64,000 nt of DNA, taken from Pirellulales bacterium (GTDB lineage Bacteria; Planctomycetota; Planctomycetia; Pirellulales; JAICIG01). Below the pieces are notes generated by a model, which was not told where the DNA came from, searched no databases, and saw nothing but the letters and a program-made list of their open reading frames with translations. A program made the position numbers and the translations under genes. The stretch is from assembly GCA_040901675.1 (NCBI GenBank), contig JBBDYJ010000030.1:14324-78323 (forward strand). Reading direction: 5' to 3'. This document shows positions 40,027 through 50,021 of this stretch, piece by piece (position 1 is the first letter of the stretch; each line of letters starts with the position of its first letter).

Positions 40027-41478
40027 ATGACGCGTCTGGCAACCTGTCTGCTGGCGGCGGCGGCCGTGTTGGTCGCCCGGCCGATACCGGCTGGGGCCGA
40101 TTTCATCGAATATGCGGTCGGCGACGGGCTGGTGTTCATCCTCCAGGGCAAAGCGACGGCCAACCCCGGCCGCACCGTCACGTTCAGGCACGCCAAGTTC
40201 GGCAACCTTTATTTCAGCCTGTACGACGTCAAGATTCACAAGGTGCCGACGCTTTCGCAGCAGTACGAAAAGCTGGTCGCCAAGGCCAACTTGAAGAAGG
40301 ACGCCGACGAGATGTTCCAGGCCGGCATTTGGGCCCTGAGGCATGGCATGCTCGACAAGCACTATGCCGCCGTCGACAAGGCGCTCGAGTTCGACCCCAA
40401 GCACGCCGAGTCGCTGCGGATCCGCAAGCTCAAGGCGGAGATGGACAAGCCGCTCCCCGAGTCGTCGGTCGAGGAGAGCGAGCTGCGCGCCTTCGTGCCG
40501 CGGCCGCAGATGAGGATCGCCACCAGCAAGCACTTCATCCTGCTGTACGACACGCCCGACCAGCCCGACAAGGAAAAAGGACAGAAGCGCCCCCGCCACG
40601 AGGAACGGCTGGAACTGTTGGAGCAGGTCTACGAGAGCTTCCTCTTGACGTTCTTCTCCCGTGGCGTGGACCTGGAAGTCCCCAAGGAGCGGCTCAAGGT
40701 GGTGCTGTTCAACAACTACGCCGACTTCAAGGACTTCTCGGTCCGGCTGGACGCCACGCTGATCAACGCCGCCGGCTTTTACATGCCCGAGGTGAATATC
40801 AGCTTCTTTTTCGATCACGGCACCGACGAGCGGTTCGAGGCCTTGCAGCAGATGAACAAGGACATGGAGGCGCGCATCAAGGAGTTGGTCCGCGCCCGCA
40901 GGGGCGGCGAGTACATCCGTCTTGCCAACACGCTCAAGCTCTTGACCAGGCTGGCCCAGGAGAGCCAGGACATCGAGGTCGTCAGCCACGAGGCCACGCA
41001 TCAGTTGGCCGGCAACACGGGGCTATTCCCCCGGCACGTGCGGGTGCCCAGTTGGGTCCATGAAGGCCTGGCCGCCTACTTCGAGTCGCCCAACGACGGC
41101 GCTTGGAGCGGCATCGGCGCCGTGAACAAGCGGCGGATCCAGTACTACCGGGCGCTGGAACCGGACCGCGAGCACTCGAACATCGACTTCATCGTGGGAG
41201 ACCAGATTTTCGATTACGCCGGCAACATCGGGTCCACGCTGCACGGCTACGGTCAGGCCTGGGCCCTCACGCACTTCCTGATGGAGAAGCATTTCGACAA
41301 GTTCATCACCTACTACAGGAAGCTGGGAGAGTTTCCCCCCGACATGACGATTGCCCCCGAGATGCTGACCACGCTATTCAACGAGGTCTTCGGCTCCGAC
41401 CGGGGGCCCCTCGACGGCGAGTGGCGCAGCTACATGCGCAGTCTCAAGACCGACATCGAGCAGGTCATCGGCGACTAG
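40027..41478 (+). CDS. DUF1570-like secreted zincin-type protein
   Basis: HEATHQ, WVHEGLAAYFE, YGQAWALTHFL. Confidence 0.82.
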   Translation: MTRLATCLLAAAAVLVARPIPAGADFIEYAVGDGLVFILQGKATANPGRTVTFRHAKFGNLYFSLYDVKIHKVPTLSQQYEKLVAKANLKKDADEMFQAGIWALRHGMLDKHYAAVDKALEFDPKHAESLRIRKLKAEMDKPLPESSVEESELRAFVPRPQMRIATSKHFILLYDTPDQPDKEKGQKRPRHEERLELLEQVYESFLLTFFSRGVDLEVPKERLKVVLFNNYADFKDFSVRLDATLINAAGFYMPEVNISFFFDHGTDERFEALQQMNKDMEARIKELVRARRGGEYIRLANTLKLLTRLAQESQDIEVVSHEATHQLAGNTGLFPRHVRVPSWVHEGLAAYFESPNDGAWSGIGAVNKRRIQYYRALEPDREHSNIDFIVGDQIFDYAGNIGSTLHGYGQAWALTHFLMEKHFDKFITYYRKLGEFPPDMTIAPEMLTTLFNEVFGSDRGPLDGEWRSYMRSLKTDIEQVIGD

Positions 41479-41481
41479 CGC

Positions 41482-41589
41482 GTTCGTAGTGACCGCATTC
41501 ATGCGGTCTTGGGTTCGTAGTGCCCGCATTCATGCGGTCCTCCAAGAGTAGCAGGCGCACGTCAACAACGGACTAAAATCCCGTTCTAC
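41482..41589. repeat. REP-like cluster: two family A copies plus one family B copy
   Basis: GTTCGTAGTG(A/C)CCGCATTCATGCGGTC at 41482 and 41513; AACGGACTAAAATCCCGTTCTAC ending at 41589. Confidence 0.82.
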
Positions 41590-42938
41590 ATCGCCTGCAT
41601 CGATTCTTTCAGGCTTTCGAAATCGTGCCGGATCGCGTCGCTGACGTGGACCGGATAAGCGGGCTGGGCTGCCTCCAAGGCGGCAAGGGGCGGCGGAAGC
41701 CGACGAAGCTGCTCGATCGCATACTCGCGGGCCGCTCGAAGGTCCTCCTCCTGACCCGCCAGCCGCTTCCCGCCTTGCAACATCGGGACCAACAGCCCGC
41801 TGCCCTCCGCTCTTGCGCCCCATCGGCCGATGATGTCCCGCTGCATCCGTCCATCCTCGACCACGCGGAACACCTGCTTGCGGCCGGGATAAAGCGCCTT
41901 GCTCGTCGAGAGCTTGATGCGGCCCCGCCCCGCGTATTCGACCAGCTTGTAGGCCATGTCCAGGCTGGGGGCGTCCTCGCTCACCACCAGGTGCGTCCCC
42001 ACCCCAAACCCGTCGATCGGCACATCCGACTCCACGAAGCGGCTAATCGCCCGTTCATCCAATTCGCTGGAAGCGAAGATCTTTACCTGCGCCAGGCCGG
42101 CCTGGTCGAGCATCCGCCGCGCCTCGCGAGCCAACACTTCCAAATCCCCGGAGTCGAGCCGTATCGCGCCGACGTGGAAATCGGAACCGAGCCGCGCGGC
42201 TAGCTCGATCACGCGGCCCACCCCCTGCAGCGTGTCGTACGTGTCGACCAACAATGTCGTGCCGGGATAGCGGCGTGCAAAGGCCGCGAGCGCCGACCGC
42301 TCGTTGTCGTGGGCCTGGACATAGCTGTGCGCCATCGTGCCGAAAACCGGTATATCGAAGAGCTTCCCCGCCTCGACCAGCGAGGTGCCGTCGGCCCCCA
42401 CCAGGTAACTTGCGCGAGCCGCCTTGAGGGCCGCATCCAAGCCATGCGCCCGGCGGGCGCCGAAGTCGACGACCGTTCGGCCCTGGGCCGCCAGGACGAT
42501 CCGGGCGGCCTTGGACGCGATGACCGTCTGGAAGTGGACCTGGTTGAGCAGAAAGGTCTCGACCAACTGGGCTTGAATCATGGGTGCCACAACCTGCACG
42601 AGCGGCTCGTTCGGGAACACGACCGTTCCCTCCGGCACAGCAAACACGTGGCCCTGGAAGCGGAAGTCCTGCAATCGCCGGATGAATTCGTCCGAGAAGA
42701 GACCCTGCCGCCGCAAGTAATCGGCGTCCTCGTCGGTGAAGTGAACCGACTCGAGATATGCCAGCGCGTCCCAGATGCCCGCCGCAACGGCAAAGTTCCG
42801 TCCTGGCGGCAGGCTGCGAAAAAACAGCTCGAAGACGGCCGTTTCGTGCATCCCCTCGGCATCGTAGGCCTGGGCCATCGTCAGCTCATAAAGGTCCGTG
42901 AACAGACCCAGACCGCTGGTACGTAGAACGGAATTCAT
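41586..42938 (-). CDS. pncB: nicotinate phosphoribosyltransferase
   Basis: TDLYELTM, DFGARRAHG, GTMAHS, LVDTYD, IRLDSGD. Confidence 0.93.
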   Translation of the reverse strand: MNSVLRTSGLGLFTDLYELTMAQAYDAEGMHETAVFELFFRSLPPGRNFAVAAGIWDALAYLESVHFTDEDADYLRRQGLFSDEFIRRLQDFRFQGHVFAVPEGTVVFPNEPLVQVVAPMIQAQLVETFLLNQVHFQTVIASKAARIVLAAQGRTVVDFGARRAHGLDAALKAARASYLVGADGTSLVEAGKLFDIPVFGTMAHSYVQAHDNERSALAAFARRYPGTTLLVDTYDTLQGVGRVIELAARLGSDFHVGAIRLDSGDLEVLAREARRMLDQAGLAQVKIFASSELDERAISRFVESDVPIDGFGVGTHLVVSEDAPSLDMAYKLVEYAGRGRIKLSTSKALYPGRKQVFRVVEDGRMQRDIIGRWGARAEGSGLLVPMLQGGKRLAGQEEDLRAAREYAIEQLRRLPPPLAALEAAQPAYPVHVSDAIRHDFESLKESMQAM

Positions 42939-43075
42939 TCCGTTTACCCCCACGTAGAACGGAATTCATTCCGTTTAACCCGAAAAGTGCAGGTCTCGAG
43001 CAAACGGAATGAATTCCGTTCTACGACTTCTGACCTCTGACCTCTGACTTCTGACCTCTGACCCCTGACTCCTGT
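42923..43075. repeat. three REP-like family B copies (GTAGAACGGAATTCATTCCGTTT) plus CTGACCT heptamer run
   Basis: 42923-42945, 42954-42976, inverted copy 43002-43024; heptamers 43028-43075. Confidence 0.9.
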
Positions 43076-43077
43076 CA

Positions 43078-43647
43078 CTACGCCTCCACGGCGGCGCCGG
43101 CCTGTCGAAGCTCGCCGAGGACCGCTTCGACGGCGCTTGGTGTTGCATTCAGGGCACGGGTCGCCGGCAGCACGAGGTGTAGCTCGAAACCTTCCCGCAG
43201 CGCATCGAGCACGGTCGCCCGCACGCACACGTCGAGGGCCAGGCCGCCGACCCAAAGACGGCGGACCCCGCGGCCAGCCAGGTTTTCGGCAAGGCCCGTG
43301 CCGTCGAAAGCGGAATACTGATCGCGATCGGGATCCTGGCCCTTGCTGACGATGACCGTCGAACCATCGATCCGCAGGCCGGGGTGAAACTCGGCGCCCC
43401 AGGTTCGCTGGACGCAATGCACGGGCCACGGTCCGCCGAACGGTCGAAAACTGGAGTGATTGGGTGGATGCCAGTCGCGCGAGGCGACCGAGGGCCCGCC
43501 TGCCGCCTTGGCCGACTCGAACCAGTCGTTCAGCACCGGGATGATTTCATCCCCGCCGGACACGCTCAGAGCTCCACCCGGGCAAAAATCGTTCTGGACG
43601 TCCACGGCAAGCACTGCATCGTGCCGATCCAAGGGCGGCGTGGCCAT
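43078..43647 (-). CDS. pncA: nicotinamidase
   Basis: VDVQNDFCPGG, DWHP, WPVHC, GLALDVCV. Confidence 0.92.
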   Translation of the reverse strand: MATPPLDRHDAVLAVDVQNDFCPGGALSVSGGDEIIPVLNDWFESAKAAGGPSVASRDWHPPNHSSFRPFGGPWPVHCVQRTWGAEFHPGLRIDGSTVIVSKGQDPDRDQYSAFDGTGLAENLAGRGVRRLWVGGLALDVCVRATVLDALREGFELHLVLPATRALNATPSAVEAVLGELRQAGAAVEA

Positions 43648-43657
43648 GACTCACCAA

Positions 43658-44650
43658 TCACTTCCCCCGAACGTGCTCGGGAAAGTCCCGTTCATAGCGC
43701 TCGACCAGCGCGGCCACGTCGGCCGGCACCACGTAGATCTTGCCTCGAATCTCCTTGGTCGCGCCCGGCGCGAGGCCGCCGATGCGAAAGTCGGAGTGCA
43801 GGCAGGTCGCCACCCCCTGGAACAATTCCTGGTACGGCTCCCAGGCGGTGGCCATGATCATCGTATCATCCGCTGAGAAGCAGCCGCAAAGGCCGCTGGA
43901 ACAAACCAGCTCGCTGATCGGCCGCGGGTTGACGTCGTCGGCGCCGACGCCCGGCGCCCGGTAGACCTGGCCCGGCACGTAGCGGGCCTTGGTTGCCCAA
44001 GGCCGGGTGGGCAGCCGCGTCAGCCGGCCTTCCAGAAACACGAAGCATTGCGGGATGTACTCCTCGCGTCCCATGCCGGTGAACGTGTCGACCCGGATGC
44101 ACGGCTGCGCCCAGTGCGCCTGCGATGCCCGCTGCGTCGGGTTGGTCGCCACCAGGCGGAAGTCGACCTCGTCGCTGCCCGCCGTGATCTGGTGACGCAC
44201 GCGCACGCCGTCGGCCAGGCGGCACTCAAGCTCGAGCCGGCTGCCGTCCTCGGCGGCTCGCACCAGCTCGGTCCGGTGCTTGATCACCGTCTCGCCCCAG
44301 TCGCGGTCCGTCGAACCGGGCCGGCAGTAGGCCTCCAGGTACTGGACCCGCAGCGCGCCGCCGGGAATCCGCGGGCCGCGGATGGTGAGGAAATTGTCCT
44401 TCCAAGCCAGCTCGAGCAGCCTGGCGTTGGGTTCGGGGGCCGCGGCCGGCGCGCCGGTTTGGGGCCCGTAAAGCAGCAGGCACACTCCGTGTGCCGCGGC
44501 ACGCAGGGGCATCTGGCGGGTTTGAACTTCGCCAAAGCGGTCCTCCCGCGGAGCGTCCTGCCGGCCGCCGCCTTGTGGCTTGCCGGCGGCGGCCACGGCC
44601 AGGCAGACGACCACCCCGGCAAGCAAGACATCTGGTCGCGGGCAGCGCAT
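43658..44650 (-). CDS. secreted hypothetical protein
   Basis: GGAGG RBS, signal peptide, YLEAYCRPGS...CLHSDFRIGG. Confidence 0.7.
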   Translation of the reverse strand: MRCPRPDVLLAGVVVCLAVAAAGKPQGGGRQDAPREDRFGEVQTRQMPLRAAAHGVCLLLYGPQTGAPAAAPEPNARLLELAWKDNFLTIRGPRIPGGALRVQYLEAYCRPGSTDRDWGETVIKHRTELVRAAEDGSRLELECRLADGVRVRHQITAGSDEVDFRLVATNPTQRASQAHWAQPCIRVDTFTGMGREEYIPQCFVFLEGRLTRLPTRPWATKARYVPGQVYRAPGVGADDVNPRPISELVCSSGLCGCFSADDTMIMATAWEPYQELFQGVATCLHSDFRIGGLAPGATKEIRGKIYVVPADVAALVERYERDFPEHVRGK

Positions 44651-44725
44651 CGGACACCTCCGTCTTGGTCACCGCTTTGCAAACCGCGGGCCGGACCGCC
44701 CCGCTTCAAGCGGCGGCTGGAAGCT

Positions 44726-45226
44726 TTATTTGGGAGCAAGGATACAGACGATCCGCCGGCCTTGCTGGGAGGGTGCGGATTCGACTTTGCCCACGTCTTC
44801 CAGGCTGCGGATGATCTGCTGCACCACCCGCTGGCCTTCTTCGACGTGGGCCAATTCGCGGCCCCGGAAAATGACCGAAACGCTCACCTTGTCCTTATGC
44901 CCCAGGAACTCCCGCGCGCGATTGACTTTGACTCCGATGTCGTGCTCACCCGTCTTGGGGCGAACGCGGATCTCCTTGATCTTGGTCTGGTGCGTGTGGG
45001 TCTTGTGCTGCCGTTTTTTCTGCTGGTACTTGAACTTGCCGAAATCCATGATGCGGCAAACGGGGGGCCGCTCGTTGGGAGCCACCTCGACCAGGTCCAA
45101 GTCGGCCTCGCGGGCCTGCGTCAAAGCCTGTTCGGTGGGCATGATTCCCAATTGTTCTCCTTCGGCCGAAATAACTCGCACGGGCGAAATGCGGATCTGT
45201 TCATTGATCCTCTGTGACCGTTCGAT
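44726..45226 (-). CDS. infC: translation initiation factor IF-3 (ATC start)
   Basis: RINEQIR...LDLVEVAP...[18 protein letters not shown]9-ATC, in-frame TAG upstream. Confidence 0.93.
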   Translation of the reverse strand: MERSQRINEQIRISPVRVISAEGEQLGIMPTEQALTQAREADLDLVEVAPNERPPVCRIMDFGKFKYQQKKRQHKTHTHQTKIKEIRVRPKTGEHDIGVKVNRAREFLGHKDKVSVSVIFRGRELAHVEEGQRVVQQIIRSLEDVGKVESAPSQQGRRIVCILAPK

Positions 45227-45496
45227 CGCTGTCGTCCTCCACTACTAAACCATGGGACGGGTAAAAGACGCCGTGGTGCCGCGGCGGCCGCCGCTTGCCG
45301 GCATCGCCGCGACACATGAGTATCCGCCAGCCCTTGGCCGGCCGTCAATCGTTTGCCCTTCTTTTTCTCCCAGCGGCTTTTTTCCCAGCGGCCCGCCGGC
45401 CGCTTCCGCTTGACAATTCCCGGCCGGCCGTCGAAGCTGGCGGCTGGTCGGGCTGATTCTTTAAGCCTCAGGCAAACATACCACGGCGGTGGACTG

Positions 45497-46483
45497 ATGC
45501 GCATTTGCCGATACCGTTTTGAGGGGCGCGTTCAAGCGGGCCTGTACCACGAGCGGCGGATCGTGCCCTTCGAGGCCGGCGCGCTCGCCTACGCCCATGC
45601 CACCGGCGATCAGCTCGACCTGCACGGCGGCGACAACCTGTTGGAGTACCTGCCCCCCAGCGGGCCGCGATTGCCCGCCGCCCGCAAGCTCGCCATCTGG
45701 GTCGGCAAGGTGGCCGCCGCACCGCCGGGCGCGCGCCGCGGCGAAGCCGGGCCGCTGGACGGCGTGGCGATCGAACCGTCCGCCGTGGAACTGCTGGTGC
45801 CCGTGCCGCGTCCCAACAAGCTCTTTCTGCTGGCCGGCAACTATGCCGAGCATATCGAGGAGGGGGGCGGCGTCGCCGCCGAGCGGGCCGAGACCTTCCC
45901 CTACGTGTTCATGAAGCCGCCCAGCACCACGCTGACCGATCCCGGCAAACCGGTCCGCATCCCGGCCGCTTCTCCGGGCGCCATCGATTGGGAGCTGGAG
46001 CTGGCGGTGGTCATCGGCCGGCAGGCCAAAGGGGTGAGCGAATCGGAGGCCCTGGATGCCGTGGCCGGCTATACCGTGGTCAACGACATCAGCAACCGCC
46101 GTTTCCGGCCCAACCCATCGCGGAAGCAGCGGGAGAAGGACGCCTTCTTCGATTGGCTGCACGGCAAATGGCACGACAGCTTCTGCCCCTGCGGACCGTG
46201 CATCCTGGCGGCCGACCCGGAGCTGGACCCGCAGAAGCTGGAGCTGACGCTGCGGCTCAACGGCGAGGTGCGGCAGCACAGCTCGACGGCTCGCCAGATC
46301 TTTCCGGTCGCCGCCGTGATCGAGTTCATCTCCGCCATCGTCACGCTCGAGCCGGGCGACATCATCTCCACCGGCACGCCGTCGGGCGTCGGCAGCTCGA
46401 CCGGCACATTCTTGAAGCCGGGTGACGTCCTGGAGGCCGAGATCGCCTCGATCGGCAGCCTCGTCTCGCCGGTGGTCGGCTGA
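45497..46483 (+). CDS. fumarylacetoacetate hydrolase family protein
   Basis: GNYAEH, DWELELAVVIG, VNDIS, DIISTGTPSGVG. Confidence 0.92.
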   Translation: MRICRYRFEGRVQAGLYHERRIVPFEAGALAYAHATGDQLDLHGGDNLLEYLPPSGPRLPAARKLAIWVGKVAAAPPGARRGEAGPLDGVAIEPSAVELLVPVPRPNKLFLLAGNYAEHIEEGGGVAAERAETFPYVFMKPPSTTLTDPGKPVRIPAASPGAIDWELELAVVIGRQAKGVSESEALDAVAGYTVVNDISNRRFRPNPSRKQREKDAFFDWLHGKWHDSFCPCGPCILAADPELDPQKLELTLRLNGEVRQHSSTARQIFPVAAVIEFISAIVTLEPGDIISTGTPSGVGSSTGTFLKPGDVLEAEIASIGSLVSPVVG

Positions 46484-46507
46484 GAATCTGGCTTGGGCAA
46501 CCGACGC

Positions 46508-47587
46508 ATGCTGCAACCCACACGCATTCCGCTGCCGCTCTTGATCACCGGCGTGGCCGGCGTCGCCGGGTACAACGCCCTGGCCTGGTTTCAATCGCGG
46601 TATCCCGGGCAAGTGATCGGCATCCGCCAGCGCGACAACTTCCGGCTCGTCGGCCCGGCAGTGGTGGCGTGCGACGCCGAGGACCGCGAAGGCCTGGAAA
46701 AACTGTTCCACCGCCATCGCTTCCAGAGCGTTTTGAACTGCGCCGGTAACTGCGCGCTGCGCGCCTGCGAGCTCGACCCTCGCCTGGCCTGGCGGATCAA
46801 CGTCGAGGGGGTCGAGAACCTGCTGACCGTCATCCGCGGCCACGAGCGGCTGGTCCACCTCTCGATCGACCTGGTCTTCTCCGGCAACGGCGGGGGCGGA
46901 ATCAAGGAAGACCAGCCGGCCGATCCGGTCACCGTCTATGGCAAGACGATGGTGGCCGCCGAGCATCTGCTCTGCGATCGATTCCCGGCGGCCTGCCTGC
47001 TGCGGATCTCGCTGCCGATGGGCATCAGCTTCAACGGCCACGCCGGCGCGATCGACTGGATCCAGTCGCGCTTCAAGAAATCGAAGCCGGCCACGCTTTA
47101 CTTCGACGAGATCCGCACGCCTGCCTACACCGATTGCCTCAATCGCCTGTGCGAAACCATGCTGGGCAATTCGCTGGCCGGCCTGTTTCACGCCGGCGGC
47201 CCACGGCCTTTGAGCCTCTACCAGATCGCCCAGATCATCAATCGCGTCGGCGGTTACGATCCCGACCACCTGATGGGGTGCCCGCGGCGGCAGGCAGGTC
47301 CTATTCCTCCACGGGCCGGCAACGTGGCGATGGACTCCGGCAAACTCATCGCGGCGCTCGGGCATGCTCCCTTCGATCCCTGGCCTCGGTATGATGAACT
47401 GGTGCCGACCCACCCCGAGTGGCACCGCGAGCGGCCGGCCGGACAGCCGGCTTCGCGCGACTACCTGGCGCAGGTGCTTTATCGCAACCCGGCCCCCGGC
47501 TCGACTGAGCTCGCGACTCGACTGAGCTCGCCGAAGTCCGAAGTCCGGGACGATTGGCCCGCACGCCCGGCCTCGTCCTGTGCCTGA
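46508..47587 (+). CDS. RmlD-like extended SDR (dTDP-sugar reductase family)
   Basis: ITGVAGVAG, SIDLVF, YGKT, DEIRTP. Confidence 0.82.
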   Translation: MLQPTRIPLPLLITGVAGVAGYNALAWFQSRYPGQVIGIRQRDNFRLVGPAVVACDAEDREGLEKLFHRHRFQSVLNCAGNCALRACELDPRLAWRINVEGVENLLTVIRGHERLVHLSIDLVFSGNGGGGIKEDQPADPVTVYGKTMVAAEHLLCDRFPAACLLRISLPMGISFNGHAGAIDWIQSRFKKSKPATLYFDEIRTPAYTDCLNRLCETMLGNSLAGLFHAGGPRPLSLYQIAQIINRVGGYDPDHLMGCPRRQAGPIPPRAGNVAMDSGKLIAALGHAPFDPWPRYDELVPTHPEWHRERPAGQPASRDYLAQVLYRNPAPGSTELATRLSSPKSEVRDDWPARPASSCA

Positions 47588-47620
47588 CTCTGTCCGCTGC
47601 GACCCGGTCGAGAGGGGGCG

Positions 47621-48772
47621 ATGCCGATGAAATCGAGCTTCATCCGCCAGCTTCACGCCACTGGGACCCGGATCGTGCTGGCCGTCACCGGCGGCGGCAG
47701 CGGAGCCATCTCGGCCCTGCTCGAGGTGCCCGGTGCCTCGCAGACGGTGCTCGAAGCGGTGGTCCCCTACTCGGCCCAGGCGCTGGCCGACTGGCTGGGC
47801 GCCACGCCCGAGCAGTTCTCGAGCGCCCGCACCGCCCGGAGCATGGCCATGGCCGGATATCAACGGGCGCTGCGGTACGCCCGACTCGAGCAGCAACCGG
47901 GGCCGGTGGCCGGCGTGGCTTGCACCGCCAGCTTGGCCAGCAATCGACCGAAGCGGGGACCGCACCGCATCCACGCGGCCTGGCAGACCGCCTCGGTCAC
48001 GGCCGAGTGGTCGCTGGAGTTGGTCAAGGGCCACCGCGCGCGGATCGAGGAAGAGCGGATCGCCGCGGCGGCGGTGCTCAACATGGCCGCACAAGCCTGC
48101 GGCCTCGACGAACAGATCAAGCTGGCACTGCTCGACGAGGAACAGCCGGCTTCGGCGAGCGTCTCTGCGCCTACGGGCTGGCAGGAGCTGCTTGCGGGCG
48201 AGCTCGACGCGGCGGCGGCGCACGCGGACATGGCGGCGGGGCTCCATATTCGGCCAGGCAGCCGGCGGGCGATTTTTCCCGGCGCGTTCGACCCTCTGCA
48301 CGAGGCGCACCGCGACATGGCCTCGCTGGCCGCCAAGCGGCTGGGGTTGCTGGTCGAGTACGAGCTTTCGATCCTCAACGTCGATAAGCCACCGCTCGAT
48401 TTTATCGAGATGGACCGGCGCGCGGGGCAGTTCGAGAAGCGCGAAACGCTGTGGTTCACGCGGGCGGCGACCTTTGTCGAAAAGGCCGCCTTGTTTCAAC
48501 CGGCGACCTTTATCGTCGGCGCCGACACGATCGCCCGCATTGCCGATCCGAAGTACTACGGGGGCGACCGTCGAACGTGCGAGCAGGCGATCGACCGGAT
48601 TGCGGCGGCCAGCGGCCGGTTCCTCGTGTTTGGCCGCCTCGTGGGCGGCGAGTTTCAGTCACTGTCGAGCCTCGAGCTTCCCCCGCCGCTGGCGGACCTT
48701 TGCGAGGAGGTGCCCGCCGGCCAGTTCCGCCGGGACATCGCGTCCACTCAATTGCGCCAGGCAGACGGGTGA
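47621..48772 (+). CDS. CinA/PncC-like + NadD-like nucleotidyltransferase fusion
   Basis: TGGG...VPGAS N-domain; FPGAFDPLHEAH, IVGADT, IAST C-domain. Confidence 0.75.
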   Translation: MPMKSSFIRQLHATGTRIVLAVTGGGSGAISALLEVPGASQTVLEAVVPYSAQALADWLGATPEQFSSARTARSMAMAGYQRALRYARLEQQPGPVAGVACTASLASNRPKRGPHRIHAAWQTASVTAEWSLELVKGHRARIEEERIAAAAVLNMAAQACGLDEQIKLALLDEEQPASASVSAPTGWQELLAGELDAAAAHADMAAGLHIRPGSRRAIFPGAFDPLHEAHRDMASLAAKRLGLLVEYELSILNVDKPPLDFIEMDRRAGQFEKRETLWFTRAATFVEKAALFQPATFIVGADTIARIADPKYYGGDRRTCEQAIDRIAAASGRFLVFGRLVGGEFQSLSSLELPPPLADLCEEVPAGQFRRDIASTQLRQADG

Positions 48773-48830
48773 GCAAACCAAAGGACCACCTGCCGCTGTA
48801 ATCCTCCCTCGTCGCGCTTTCGTGTTGCTG

Positions 48831-50021
48831 CTACTCTTGTAGATAGAGCCACACGAAGCCCGTTCGATCTTCTTTGATAAACTCGGCGCGTTGGGCGTGC
48901 AGCTTTTGGATCTTCGCGCTGTACTCCTGGAGCTTCTGCTGGTCGCCGGCAGCGGCACGGTACTCTTCCGAGACTTTGGCGAGGTCGTCCTGCCACTGCG
49001 ATTGCTTCTTGTCCAACTCTTCCTTGGTCAGGCCGTTGGCCACAGCGGCGAGCGTGACCGAGTCGCCGACCAGCACGTCCAGTTTGCCATCGGCATTGAC
49101 GTCGTCCACCCAAACTCGCGTCGAGCCGGTGGGGCCGGTCAGCTCGTCTTCACCGAGTGGTTCGCCGTATTGGATCCGCTGACCAGGCTTGATCAGATCG
49201 CGGAAGGGCTCAAGTGCGGGCGCTTCGCCGGCACGGGCTGCATTTTCAGCCCACTGGACGCCGCCAGCACTCGATCCGCTGACGAGATCGATGTCGCCAT
49301 CGTTATCCCAGTCCACCGGGAAAGGGTCGCTGTGATGGCCTTGGATCTTTAGCGGGCCGTTATCCGTCATAATCTGCTTCGGCTCCGGCAAAAAGCGGCC
49401 CTGGCCTTCGCCGGTAAAGACGTAGAAGCTGCCGGCGAAATTGCCCACGACCAGGTCAAGCTCACCGTCTCGATCCCAATCGACGGCCGACGGTCGCGTG
49501 CAGATGTTCTCGATAATCGATTCTTTGTCGGCGGGGATGATCAGCGGCTCGCGGTCCGTGCCCTCCAGCACGGAGGCCTGGCTGAACGTGCCGTCCGGCT
49601 TGCCCCAGAGAACCTGGAACAATCCGGCCATCGGCTGCGACATGCGAGAGTACGAACCCGAGAGAATATCGTTGTACCCGTCAGCATTGAGGTCCACCAA
49701 CTGTGGAGTTGAGCTGGTGCATCACCACACGCCCGGAACTTCCGCTACCTCGCCTTCGGCTTCGAGCCAGGAACCAGCGGCGAATTTGCCGTCACCCAGA
49801 TTCTTGTAGACCTTGATCTTGCCTTGGTTGAACTGGCCGACAAGCAGGTCCTTGACGCCATCGGCGTCCACGTCGGCCAAACACGGAGCGGCATAGCCCG
49901 GGCTTTCAACGCGGACCGGTTCGTCGCCCCCAAACAACCGCACGGGACGCTGGAACTCGGCTGCGCCGCAAGCAGCGACACCGCCAAACAGCACGAGAGT
50001 CGAGAGTAGTGCCTTCATCAT
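48831..50021 (-). CDS. secreted FG-GAP/VCBS repeat protein with in-frame UGA (candidate selenoprotein, W-U-C)
   Basis: ORFs 49722-50021 and 48831-49700 share a frame: VPGVW-TGA-CTSSTPQLVDLNADG; DxDxDGxxD repeats on both sides. Confidence 0.75.
49682..49716 (-). promoter_or_regulatory. candidate SECIS hairpin
   Basis: UCCAC-AGUUG-GUGGA at +15..+29 after UGA; lower stem CAGC/GCUG. Confidence 0.45.

Noticed and set aside
45461..48499. 1012-aa minus-strand ORF (and similar long ORFs such as 30096-31676, 33325-35043, 17411-19219)
   Set aside because: Antisense shadows of well-supported genes in high-GC DNA; no recognisable motifs
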